DNA of 64,000 nucleotides from the human T2T-CHM13v2.0 reference genome, Homo sapiens. A program made the translations under genes and the position numbers. Positions 1 to 11,388 of the stretch are shown here, one piece after another (position 1 is the first letter of the stretch; each line of letters starts with the position of its first letter). The DNA is taken from assembly GCF_009914755.1 (NCBI RefSeq), contig NC_060932.1; one strand, written 5' to 3'. The notes below the pieces were generated by a model. That model was not told the origin of the DNA. It worked only from the letters and a program-made list of their open reading frames with translations, and did not search any database.

Positions 1-135
1 GAGTGAGACCCAAGAAATAAAGAAGAAAGAGAAAAAGAAAAAAGGAAGGAAGGAAGGAAAGAGAGGAGAGGAGAGGAGAGAGGAGGAGAGAAGGAGAGAA
101 GGAGGAAGGGAGGGAAGGAAGGAAGGAAGGAAGGT
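1..135. repeat. GA-rich low-complexity tract (Alu tail-derived) in PNMA2 3' UTR
   Basis: gagtgagacc Alu end followed by (GGAA)n/(GAGAG)n. Confidence 0.85.
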
Positions 136-238
136 CAATAATTGGCTTTCATGGTTTGATTTCAGTCCCATACATTAAAGAAAAAAATTTTTTAAAGGTC
201 TTAGCCCACTGGCTGTGGGTCCTGCCCCCAGGTGGTTT

Positions 239-1333
239 TCAGTCGTCTCCCTCATGATTCCAGCGGCCATAGCCATCTCGTTCCTCTGGCTCTTCGATAC
301 TCTCATTCTCAAAGGAGGCCTCTTCCTCCTCTTCTTCCCGTATTACCTTCATTAGCTCAAGGAAGCTGGGGGGCGGGCCCTGATCCTTCAGCTCCCTAAG
401 CCGGCACCACAGCATCTGGTTAAGAGTGGCCCCAGCCATGACCTGCTCCAGGCGGACCTGGTCCGCAATACGCCGAGGGATGGCGCGTTTCTCCACCGCT
501 CTCCGGAGCAGGGTTTCTAGCCGTAACACATAGGCTGAGACCTTCTCTCCTTCCTCCTGATAGGTCTTCAGATACCTCACCTGGGCTGTCCTGCGGCTCT
601 CTAGGCTCCCAAACACTTGCTTAAAGGCCTCCAAACACTCTTCTACACTGATGGACGGGTTGTCTGCCTGCACTATGTGCATGAGGTCCAGGGCAGGGCC
701 CCGCAGGCTTTCCGCCAGCCACCTTTTCTTTTCTGCCTCTGTTACTGGCCACTCTTTGACTATCTCCGTGGCCTGTTCCAACCAGACCTCAAAGGACTCT
801 TCCTCTGGGGCTGGGACAGCACTCCCTGAGAATACTCGCAGTTTCCGGTATCTCATGGGTAGCAGGGGCTGAGGCGCATGTGCCATTGCCTGTCCCAACA
901 AATGGGCCAGTAATTCTGGTGAGATGCAGGGCACTGTGGCTGGAGACACGCCCTCCTGCCCCAGGGCTCGAAACATACCCGAGACCGTCTGCCCCTCTTT
1001 TTCTAGAAACAGGTTCAATCTTTCAAGAAACTCAGTGTCCTGATTAGGGGTCTTAAAGATCACCTTCCAGACACCCCCCTTTCCCTGGACCTCACTGGGA
1101 ATGGCCGAGACATCAGTATCTTCCAGAAGCTCTAGTAAGACAGCATTGGCATTCTCCTGCTTCCGGAATATCTTGCCAAGCAGTCTATACCTGCCCAGAG
1201 ACTTTAAAGTCTCCTGAAGGACCTCCTGAATCTCAGCCTCCTCAAAGTCCGCCGGTATCCCCGTAACCATCAGTGACTTCTGCTCATCCACACTCATTAT
1301 CCTGCACCAGTCCTCTAACAGTGCCAGCGCCAT
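239..1333 (-). CDS. PNMA2: Paraneoplastic antigen Ma2; Ty3/gypsy Gag-derived capsid protein, single coding exon
   Basis: 364-aa ORF MALALLEDWCRIMSVDEQKSLMVTGIP...YRKLRVFSG...FEVWLEQA with PNMA family motifs and an acidic C-tail; start context ACAATGG. Confidence 0.98.
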   Translation of the reverse strand: MALALLEDWCRIMSVDEQKSLMVTGIPADFEEAEIQEVLQETLKSLGRYRLLGKIFRKQENANAVLLELLEDTDVSAIPSEVQGKGGVWKVIFKTPNQDTEFLERLNLFLEKEGQTVSGMFRALGQEGVSPATVPCISPELLAHLLGQAMAHAPQPLLPMRYRKLRVFSGSAVPAPEEESFEVWLEQATEIVKEWPVTEAEKKRWLAESLRGPALDLMHIVQADNPSISVEECLEAFKQVFGSLESRRTAQVRYLKTYQEEGEKVSAYVLRLETLLRRAVEKRAIPRRIADQVRLEQVMAGATLNQMLWCRLRELKDQGPPPSFLELMKVIREEEEEEASFENESIEEPEERDGYGRWNHEGDD

Positions 1334-1887
1334 TGTCCTAAGAATTGACCCACTCTGACTCTACAGGCACCAATTTGTTAGTGGTGCAGCTATGCACTGA
1401 CTTAATATTGAAAATATCCTGGATGAGCTTCTAACCTTAGAACCCACCAATGAATGGGTCCCAGACTAGGTCACTCAAAGACAGTCACAAAGTTTTCTGG
1501 ACAAATGACCCTGGCCTACTCAGTGGCAAGAACTCAGGACTTCTTGTCTTTAGGCCTGACCCAGGTGGGCAGGTCGTATCTCAGTTCTAACCACACCTGT
1601 GCCCGCAGCTCTGAAGTCCGATTGCCAGTGATTTTCTCAAAGATGCTGGCAGCCACGTGACGCTGACCCTTCTCTGATAGTTGAGGCACCTGGGACAGCT
1701 GCTTTCTCCACAGCCTCCTGGTCTCTGATGTTTCGTCTCTCTCCAGTTGATGGGAAAATGCCTTCCACTCTGGGACCCAGAACTCTTGAAGAGAAGCCTC
1801 CCAGCAGGGCGGCTTGGACCCCTGGTGAAACAATGTTCAGTTTTACTACACAGCACTCTCTTTCCTTGGAAGCATCCATACTCTAAT
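1334..1887 (-). other. PNMA2: Probable 5' UTR part of the PNMA2 coding exon
   Basis: Minus-strand acceptor-like ccgccatctgcccccagttccattccag| at 1888-1915; boundary inferred. Confidence 0.5.
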
Positions 1888-2125
1888 CTGGAATGGAACT
1901 GGGGGCAGATGGCGGTTCTGCTTTACACTGCGCTTGCATTTGTCCCACTCTGTCAGACCCCTTCTTTGCTCACTGTGACTTTTTTTTCTCTTGGGGACTC
2001 CAATGAAATCTGGTGTCCCCACCATATGCTCATCAGACCTGTTGATTAATGTCTGAGCCCCAGTTAAGGACAGGATTCAAGGTCTTTGCCATTGAAAGAT
2101 GAAATCAGGAGATGTGGCTAAATAC

Positions 2126-2255
2126 CTGTTGATGTGTTCCCGAGTGTTCCGCGAGAGGTGAGGAGCTTATTTATTCACCTTTTAGCACAGGAAGACATCA
2201 CCCACCTCCACACAGTGGTGTGTCTGGCTCTTAGCTCCAGCCAAGCCAAGCTGCT
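2126..2255 (-). other. PNMA2: Candidate non-coding internal exon of PNMA2
   Basis: Minus-strand acceptor ttcttattgtttatgtgtaacag| and donor CAG|GTATTT; splice signals only. Confidence 0.4.
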
Positions 2256-2574
2256 CTGTTACACATAAACAATAAGAACAGGTATTTATGCTTCATTAAT
2301 ATTCAGTAGGAAGACCGTTAATGCACTTATTCAAAAATATGATAATCCTTCACAATACTACTCAATATTAAGTTGCTTTACCTCTTTGATTAACAAAACT
2401 AATGAGGAATCACTCAAACGTTTAAAAATAGTTTAATCTAGGTATAAAAATTCAGGGAAAAAAATCTCAGGGCCGACTAAGTTAAATCGGGAATTATGAA
2501 TTAATTCTCTTTTGTTGTGTCTGGAAGGCTTTGCAAACACACATTTGGGCTTTGCTTTTGCTATGAATGGTAAG

Positions 2575-2987
2575 TGAAATAGTTTGAAGGTTTGTCCCCT
2601 CCAAATCTCATGCTGAAATGTGATCCCCAGTGTTGGAGGTGGGGCCTGGTGGGATGTGTTTGGGTCATGAGAGTGGATCCCTTATGAATGGCTTGGTGCC
2701 ATTCTTGGGGTAATGAGTGGGTTCTTGTTCTATTAGCTTCCTCGAGATCTGATTGTTAAAAACAGACTGCCACCTCCCTCCCCTCACTCTTGCTCCCTTT
2801 CTTGCCACATCTGCTCCCTCTTTGCTTTCTGCTATGACTGGAAGCTTCCTGAGGGGTCACCAGATGCAGATGTCAGCACCATACTTCTTGTACAGCCTGC
2901 AGAACTGTGACCCAAATAAACCTCTTTTCTTTATAAATTATCCAGCCTCAGGTATTCCTTTATAGCAACACAAAATAGACTAAGACA
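2575..2987 (+). mobile_element. MaLR solo LTR (MSTB-like)
   Basis: gtcccctccaaatctcatgctgaaatgtgatcccc ... aataaacctcttttctttataaatta ... gactaagaca. Confidence 0.85.
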
Positions 2988-3035
2988 ATAAGTTACTAAC
3001 ACAACACTCTCCAAGCATTTGTTTCTGTTTCTGTT

Positions 3036-3324
3036 TTTTGAGACAGGGTCTCACTCTGTTGCCGAGGCTGGAATGCAGTGGTGTAAACACGGCTCACTGT
3101 AGCCTTGATCTCTCCTGGGCTCAAGCAATCCTCCCACCTCCGACCTCCTGAGTACCTGGGACCACAGGCACATGCCACCATGCCTGGCTAGTTTTTTAAA
3201 TTTTGTGTAGAGACGCAGTCTCCTTACGTTGTTCAGCCTGGTCTCAAACTCCTGGGCTCAAGCAATCCTCCCGCCACAGCCTCTCACAGTGCTGAATTAC
3301 ACACTTGAATCACCACACCCAGCC
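3036..3324 (-). mobile_element. AluJ-like
   Basis: Antisense Alu motifs (gagacagggtctcactctg, ggctcaagcaatcctcc). Confidence 0.9.
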
Positions 3325-3446
3325 TTTCCTAACATTTGAACTTTAACCCATCATTTGAGAAAAAAGAAAAAAGGAGGAAGCACACCTATCAAGGATTTTG
3401 TTCTGGAGAACCTGTGAGGATTAGAGAACGTAAAAAAGTTAGAGTT

Positions 3447-3771
<325 letters not shown>

Positions 3772-4069
3772 TTACTGCTGCGGAGTGTGTGTTAAGGGGC
3801 TACAACCATTTCCCCCTTGGCCTAAACATCTTCATCAATTCGAATGGGGGCCATACGCCACAGTGCTGTCCTGTAACTCTATCAGCAGTGCTCCTGCTGT
3901 GGGAAGATCTCCTGAGTCTTCTGGGAAGTGCTGAAGGCACCAGGGGTGCCAGAGAGCCAGGAGGGCAAAATGCTGCTTCACCCCTGTGCCCAGGAGCCCC
4001 AGAGACCTGAGACTGCTGACTTCTCCATGCCTGACTTTTCCTTTCTAAAATGTGGGGACTGTGGGGGAG

Positions 4070-4375
4070 GGCCAGGTGCAGTGGCTTACACCTGTAAACC
4101 CAGCACTTTGGGAGGCCAAAGCGGGAGGATCACTTGAGCCCAGGAGTTTGAGACCAGCAACATAGTGCGACCCTGTCTCTACAAAAAGGAAAAATAAAAA
4201 AATTAGCTGGGCGTGTGGCACTCGCCTGTAGTCCCAACTACTTGGGAGGCTGAGGAGGGAGGACTGCTTGAGCCGAGTGGGTCAAGGCTACAGTGAGTTG
4301 CGTTTGCACCATTGCATTCCAGCCTGGGTGACAGTGTGAGACTCTGTCTGAAAACAAAAACAAAAATAAAAAAAC
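4070..4375 (+). mobile_element. AluJ-like
   Basis: Alu dimer with cacttgagcccaggagttt. Confidence 0.9.
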
Positions 4376-5688
4376 CAGCTGGGGGCAACCTTCCTCCCCA
4401 CTGGGATATTTAGAGGAAACAGGGAATGTAAAAAGACACTGCCCAGGAAAAAGCATCTCTATGGTCTACAGAATGACTGCTATGCTGAAGTTAGGCTATC
4501 TTCAGATGACTCTTCCTCCCAGTGTGACCTGCAGTGTTACCTTCAAATAAAAACATGGCAAGAAACACCCTTGATATACAATAGGGCCATGGATGGAAAT
4601 ATCTGGATACGGTAGAAATAGAAGAACCTTGTATTTTCTCACATAAAGGGGGTCACAGGACAAGCTGGAAAAGAAGCCAGACTTTGAGGTGGAAGACTCC
4701 CACTGGAATTGCTGGATCATTTAACTAAATACCCAACCTTGGCTATGCGCCCCAAGCTCTCTAAATCTGTTTCCTAACCTGGAAAGCAGTGCTGATAAGG
4801 CACGCATCTCACAGTGGGGCTGTGAGTAGGAAATGATGTAATTCAGTTGGAAGCGCTTTTTTCAAATGCTTTATTCAAATGCAAAGCACATCTGCCGCTA
4901 AATCCAAAATGCCCCCTCCGGTTCTCTCAGCCCCTCCACTCCTATATTCTTCTTCCCCAGTCTGTTTCTCATCCGGAGACGCCTTTCCACCTATCAAGAT
5001 GGGCTGATCTTCAAATTGCGACTGATTGTCCAGCAGATGTAACTATATTCACCAAACTATCTCTCACAATTGGACTGTGGGGGTGGTTGGTAACCGCATT
5101 TAATCCTGGGCTGACAATGGGACTGGATCCCTGGTTACACGGCCCTACGCGGTGGCCCTGCGGTAAACGGCCTCTCAGCCCAAACCCACCCTGGTTACTG
5201 AGCATGCCCAGAACTCCCTCCCGGGCCACCAAAGGAGGGGCACCATTTCTGCAGGATTTTGCCACTGTGGAAAGAGAGGCGGAGCTGTCATCGCGCAGAG
5301 GCAGGGACTGATACGCGGAAAGGACGTGGAGATGGGAATAAGCAATGAAGGACCAGCATTGACCGTGTTAGGCACACAAATCTAATTGCCCCCTGGTTAC
5401 TTACCAACCCGGTGGCCGTGGCTCAGCTACTGCACACACACACCAAGTTCCTACACACCTTTCCCCTGCTTGGCCCCACACAATTCATGGCACTCACAGC
5501 CCACATCCTACCTCCTACTCCGCACCAGATGCGCACCCGCACTTACTCCCCAAACACGTGGCATCTGGTAACCCGGGAAACGCTGCGACTGTGGCGCAGT
5601 GCGCAACAGGGGCGGGGGAACCAGGCGGGGCTCTGGGGCGCAGGGGAAAGCTGGAGATTTGGGAAGGGGGTTTCAGTTTGTTTTTTCT

Positions 5689-5691
<3 letters not shown>

Positions 5692-5719
<28 letters not shown>
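5692..5719. repeat. (T)28 homopolymer
   Basis: Direct reading. Confidence 0.95.
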
Positions 5720-6394
5720 GGTGGAGGAAGCAGAATAAACCAAATCGCGACACGTTCCTGCGCCCTTCTTGGCGCAGTGGCGCAGACACGGTCCATGGCG
5801 CCTTGCGCAATAGAGTCGGTCTGCACCCCGTCTTTAAGTCGTGGCCCTGGGCTGGAATTCCCGACTGCACTCTTTGCTACACCCCCATAGACCGCAGACC
5901 TGCGTCTCTCTCTATATTCCTCTCCCATCTGCTACGCCCCTCTGAATTTCTTCCCGCCATGTTGTGTGCCCCCCCCCACTCCCCCGTCACCCCAACCACA
6001 CCAAAGTGGATGCACGAAGCGGGAACCTTCTCGTTTCAGTCTCTGCTCCCTGCAGCCTGCCAAGGCGAGTGGACAAACTGAACCTGGGGTGTCCAGCGTC
6101 TTGGCTGCCCCCCTCCTGTCCACCCTGCCTGTGCTATCCTTGCTCATCTTCAGTGCCATCCCGCTTCCCACACCCTGAGTAGCCTGGCGCCCGGCTTGTC
6201 CCCTTTTCCCATCCATCAGCTCACACCCAGGGTAACGGGGCGGGACCCCTATCCACAGTGCGCCCTCGCCCCCGGCCCACCTCCGCCATGCGGCGGGGCA
6301 GAGGCGCCTGGGCCAGGCAGGTGGAGGAGAGGGGCACTGGGGCTGGGGGCTGCGTCCTCCGGTCCTCACTCCGCGTGCCCTGCCCGATACTTAC

Positions 6395-6520
6395 CCAGGC
6401 GCGGAGAGCGGTCAGCGGGCCCTCCGCTCCGCATCCATTAGCTGGTGGTCTGGCCGCTTCACTTCCGGAGCGCGGGGCTAGGGGCGGTGCCGCCCTCCCC
6501 TCTCTCTCTCCTTCCCTCCC
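6395..6520 (-). other. PNMA2: PNMA2 non-coding first exon (5' end approximate)
   Basis: Consensus minus-strand donor TGG|GTAAGT at 6394 inside the CpG island. Confidence 0.65.
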
Positions 6521-6904
6521 CTCCAGCCCTCCCCTGAGCACCGCTCCCCTCCCCGGCGCCGCGCCCCGCCCGCGCCTCCCTCCTCCCAGCGCTGCCGGGA
6601 ACTGGCAGCCTTTCGGCTCCCGCAGCCGCAGCGGACGCCCTCCCAGATCCAACTTTGCCGCTTCCCCGAGCTCGCGCTGTAGCCGCGGGGGGCGTGGGCA
6701 GGGAGGGGAGAAGCGGGGTCAGGGGGAGGGACCGGGAGGGTGGGTCGCCGGCTCGCCAGCCCTCCTTCCTTTCTGTGCACCTTGCGGTGGGCGGCGAACG
6801 GCAGCCGCGGCAGCAGCTAGGGGGCTTGTGCACACAGCGAGGGAGACTTAGGGACTGGCAGACGGACGGACGGACGGCGAGGACCCTACCCGAGCCCCCG
6901 AGCC

Positions 6905-7258
6905 ATGGCCGAGAGAAAGCAATCCGGGAAGGCGGCAGAGGACGAAGAGGTCCCTGCTTTTTTTAAAAACCTGGGCTCCGGCAGCCCCAAGCCCCGGCAG
7001 AAATTCTGTGGCATGTTCTGCCCGGTGGAAGGGTCCTCGGAGAACAAGACCATCGACTTCGACTCGCTGTCGGTGGGCCGGGGCTCGGGGCAGGTGGTGG
7101 CTCAGCAGCGGGACGTCGCCCACTTGGGCCCGGACCCGCAGCCGCCGTACTCGCGGCAGGGCCGGCGCGCCGGCGGAGAGCCATCTGTTGAATCGGGCCG
7201 GAAGGTGGAGATCCGGAGGGCCTCGGGCAAAGAAGCCCTGCAGAACATCAACGACCAG
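6905..7258 (+). CDS. DPYSL2: First coding exon (118 codons) of long CRMP2A isoform of dihydropyrimidinase-like 2
   Basis: GCCATGG Kozak; MAERKQSGKAAEDEEVPAFFKNLGSGSPKPRQKFCGMFCPVEGSSENKTIDFD...ALQNINDQ; phase-0 donor CAG|GTCGGT; contains the Ser27-Pro Cdk5/Pin1 site. Confidence 0.95.
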
Positions 7259-7775
7259 GTCGGTGTGGGGGTTGGGGGTGGAGACGGAGGACGGGGCGCG
7301 GGGATCGCCCCTCCCTCGCCCCTGAGCCCGGCGCGCCCGCCTTCATGCCCCGCCCTGGACCTCGCCTCCCGCATCTGCACGCGCACCCCGCCCTACCCGC
7401 CCCTTCTCCGCGCAGGGTGCGGCGAGGCTCGGGCTGGGCGGTGGGCGGCCGTGCGCCCACAAAGGCTGCCCGCGTCTCCTTGAGCTTGAGAGGTGGGGCG
7501 TGGGCATAGGGAATGGGCTGATCCCCTGCTGGGGCGGGCGGTGGTCGTCTGGGAGGGGGTTGGCCGCGGTTCCATTCTTCTGAAACCCTCCCGGGCGGCT
7601 TCCGATTGCAGCTGCGGCTGGGTGCCCCACCCTTTTTTTGAGCGGCTCAGAGCGTGCGGTGGAGGCTTTGCGTGAAGGCCCGCGGCTCCCCGGTGGTCGG
7701 GAGGAGCGGGGGTTCGGACGGCCGCTCCCTACAGCCTCCGCCCGCGCCTTCTGCGCTCACGTCCCGAGCTCCGAG

Positions 7776-7796
7776 GCCAGGACCATGGTCAGCGCC
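7776..7796 (+). promoter_or_regulatory. Candidate RE1/NRSE (REST) site
   Basis: GCCAGGACCATGGTCAGCGCC vs consensus TTCAGCACCACGGACAGCGCC, 16/21 identical. Confidence 0.45.
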
Positions 7797-10700
7797 CCCC
7801 GGACCCCCTCCGAGCACCGCACCGCCCTTGACTCCTGCTCGCAGCGTGAGAAGAGCCAGGAAGGCTGTGGAGTCACCCGAGGAAACCGAGACGCTCCTAA
7901 ATAGCCTATGTGGGGAACAAAGTTCCAATAAGTGTCTCAGCCGGGGCTTCACAGAGCGCTCCCCAAACCGCTATGTGGGAGGCGCTTTAGGAAGCGGGGA
8001 ACTAAGTGGATTATGTTCAAAGGGTCAAAAAGACAAGAAAAGGGGGAAAACCCCTCGCACTCGAAATAGACTGTCGAAGAAGACTAAACCCCCTTTTATT
8101 GTGTTAATGGGGGAAACAAAGGCCAATTTGGTCACGCTTGATTTTAGAAAATGTTTGTCACTTTCTGACAAATATGAACAGTGAGCATTTTCAGCGCAGT
8201 AATAATCTCACACCACAATTCTTTCTTTATCTGAGTGATCCTTACACTAGTGTAATTCTTTTCCACAGCCTTAATTTCTTAACTGATAATTTACAATGCA
8301 AAATGTTTTAACACGTTTTCCGTTTCTCTCCCATGCCTGCTGGTAAAAATAATAAGTCAATCAATGAATGATTGTTGATTGAATACCTATTGTGCGCCTT
8401 GCCTTGTAGGGCAGAGGGAAGGTTAGTTATAGAAAGTGCAAGAGGTTTCTTCTTCTCAGAGGGCTTCCAGAGTAGTTGGGAGTGGTCTATACATATTCAG
8501 CGAGGGATTCCACAAGCATTTACATTTGTGTACTTACAGTGACAGCCTTTGAGAACAATTCAGAATTGGTGATGATGGTTGGGGCATGATTTGACTGTTT
8601 GCTGATGTGACATAGAGTTTTGCAGCTTTTGACTTTTGTAGGGTCAAGTCTAGGAAAAACAAGGCATTTGCTGTCATTTGTAAAAGGTGACACAACTAAT
8701 AATTTATATCCAACCCCAGCCCTGCGCTCTAATTTATTCATATAAGGGAGTGTCTCATATCCATATTTCACTATGAGTCAACCAGAAGAAACTAAATCCA
8801 AAAAACTTGCTTTGTTCCAAGTGATCAGACAATTGAAGTAAAAGTTTCTAATAATGTAACTTATACTGAAAGCTGAGTGAGTGTGTGTGAAACACTTCCC
8901 TGTGTGAGTACATTGAGTGAGGGCCAAAATCATATAGCATCTTGGTTGAGTGAGTAGCCTCATGCATGGCGAGTTGTGCTGGTGATTGTGATGTCCTAGA
9001 GAAAGCAGAAAAACAACTGGAGAATAAAGAAGAAATCATGTAAAAAGTGGCAGATCAGAGGATAGGGGTTGAAAGTGGCCCACCCCTATCATGAATTAGA
9101 ACTCAAGTTTGAAAGGCATAGTTTTATCGGGTTGAATAACACTTCTTTTTTCTTGGCCATTTAGAAGCTTAGATATATGAAATTCTAAATTGTAAAACTA
9201 AGGCACGCAGAGGGGGAGATTTGAAGAGAAAATACTCAAACAAACTGCAAGGGAGTTTTAGATTGCAATTCACATTGATTTCAGTTGCCCAGTTATTAGT
9301 AACAGAGGGCGATTCTAGCTTGGCCTTTCTGCAGCACCTTCCCCTGAATTTTCATGTTTAATCTTGCCTTATCATATAAGGCCTACTCAATGAGATTTTG
9401 TCATTCACGACTAAGAGCATTTACCTGGATCAGTACTTGCAATGTTTCAATATTTCATGTCTTTAGAAAAGGGGAAAGGCTGTGGCTATACATGTGTTTA
9501 TATTTATAACAATGTGACTTCCGAAAAGCTCAACTGGCCCACCATTTTGACTGAGTTGACTTGTCATTAGTTGGTTTTCAACGAATGAGTTGGGTGAGTG
9601 CCAGCATCTCTGTGCATTCTAATTGGAAGCCCTGACGCAGAGAAAGGTGGGGGAGATTGAGAATGGGTGGATCCTGGGACCCTGACTCACACCATCCCTC
9701 CTCTCTTGCAGCTTTATTTATGTGTTACTAATGTATGGTCAGATGTGGCTTTGCTCATCTGTTGCACTAAGAGGCCTGCTGTTCCCCTAACAAGGCTTTG
9801 GGAAGGGAGAGAATAGGCTTCCTTGACCCACATGCCACATGGCTCATGGAAGATGAGAGATGTTGGACATGTGCATTTGCAGGAACTAAATGAAATTATA
9901 TTCAGAGTATGAGCCAGACAGCACCAGAAAGCGATGGGTGTGGCTTGACTTGGCATGTCAGATTTTGGCGGAGGAAAAGAGCTGGCATAGTGGTTGTGAA
10001 TGAGGAAAGCCTCTATCTTGTTACTCTCTTTTTCCTATAAGTCCACTTTGGGCTTCAGTGAGGTTACATTGATCACCACTGTGAAAGACTCTGAGCCTCT
10101 TGGAAGAGAGAGAAGAAAGGCATCTCTGTTGGCCCAATCCCCCCTTGTCAGTGCCCAGGGGTCCTTCAGCCTCTTCCCTTCCTCCTAGGAACTTCCTCCA
10201 TTCCACTCCAGACACAGCGTAGCCAGAACCAGTGGCTCCACCAGCAATACTGGACCATAAGAATGCTTTTCAAAGGGGCCTCTAGGCCCTTTTCCCAGCA
10301 GCAAACAACCTATGCAGGCTGGAGTGACAGGGATTGATTCTCCTCCTCTCCAGGGCAGGTGCCGCTGAATGAACTGCACAGTGCTGCTGAGCTTGGCAAT
10401 GTTACTGAGTCTGTGAAGTGCTTTCTGGTGCTCCCTTCCATCTGGGTCCCCATCCCTTCTGCCTGTGTTGAATCTCTTCTGGCCCTGGGAGCCCAGTGCT
10501 GTGCTGCCCTCTAACTGTACAACGTCATCCCTACTCCATCCCCATAGCATGCCCCTTCTAGACCTTTCTTCTTCCAAAGGGCAACAGGTTCTAAAATCAG
10601 TCTTGGCTTCCCTTCTCCCATTCAGAATTCTTAACTTGCATTAATCTTAGTTAAAGAGAAATTCCAATGATTAAAGCCATCTGCTCCTCAGGCAAACAAC

Positions 10701-11028
10701 TGATGCCCAAGTTGTCCCCAGAGATCCGTGTCTGATAATAGACTAGCCTGTTAAACAAAACGAATGTGTGGTTAGTGGGGTGTGTGGTGGAGATTTGGAA
10801 TAAAGGCAATACCTTGATACTTTACAGGTCATATTGGTTCAAAACAGGAGATACAAGCATTTGTGTGTTCAGGATTCCAAAAAACCTAAGACCCACCCGG
10901 GTTCAAAAGGAGGAAAGTGGGGGTGGGGGATAATTGGAGAGGGGAAGGAAAGGATGAAAATCCATAATTATTATTTGCTCTTGATTTCCCAGCTGGTTAT
11001 TGAACTAATCATATAATTAGTTAAATTA

Positions 11029-11388
11029 AAATAATTTTTACATAGCCTAAAATTTGCCACCTTACCCATTTTTAAGTGCAGCTCAGTGGTGTTAAGTGTA
11101 TTCACATTGTTATGCAACCAATCTCCAGAACTTTTTCATCCCCCAAAGCTGAAGTTCTGTACCCATTAAACACCAACTTCTCATTCCACCTCTTCCCAGC
11201 CCCTGGCAACCACCATTCTCTTTTCTGTCTCTGCCAGCTTGACTACTCTAGACTCCTCATATAAGTGAAATGACACCGTTTATGTTCTTTGCGACTGGCT
11301 TACTTTACTTAGCATAATGCCCTTAAGGTTCATCTGTGTTGTAACATGTGACAGAATTTCCTTCCTTTTTATGGCTGAATAATATTTC
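11029..11388 (-). mobile_element. 5'-truncated L1M (L1MA/MB-type) 3' end
   Basis: L1M 3' UTR motifs; 17-bp direct repeat TATAATTAGTTAAATTA on both sides. Confidence 0.8.

Larger units (their letters stand above)
5250..8000. promoter_or_regulatory. CpG island / bidirectional promoter of PNMA2 and long-isoform DPYSL2
   Basis: Dense CpG and high GC; ETS site acttccgg at 6461; GC boxes; divergent first exons. Confidence 0.88.

Noticed and set aside
178-200. Slippery-like TTTAAAA/A-T runs near the PNMA2 end as a gag-pol frameshift
   Set aside because: They lie downstream of the stop codon, and no pol-like frame follows
4847-5311. 154-aa ORF
   Set aside because: TTG start, no recognisable domain, antisense within the PNMA2 intron
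5386-8184. Many overlapping ORFs in the CpG island
   Set aside because: Expected from GC-rich, stop-poor sequence; low-complexity translations; only the DPYSL2 exon is recognisable
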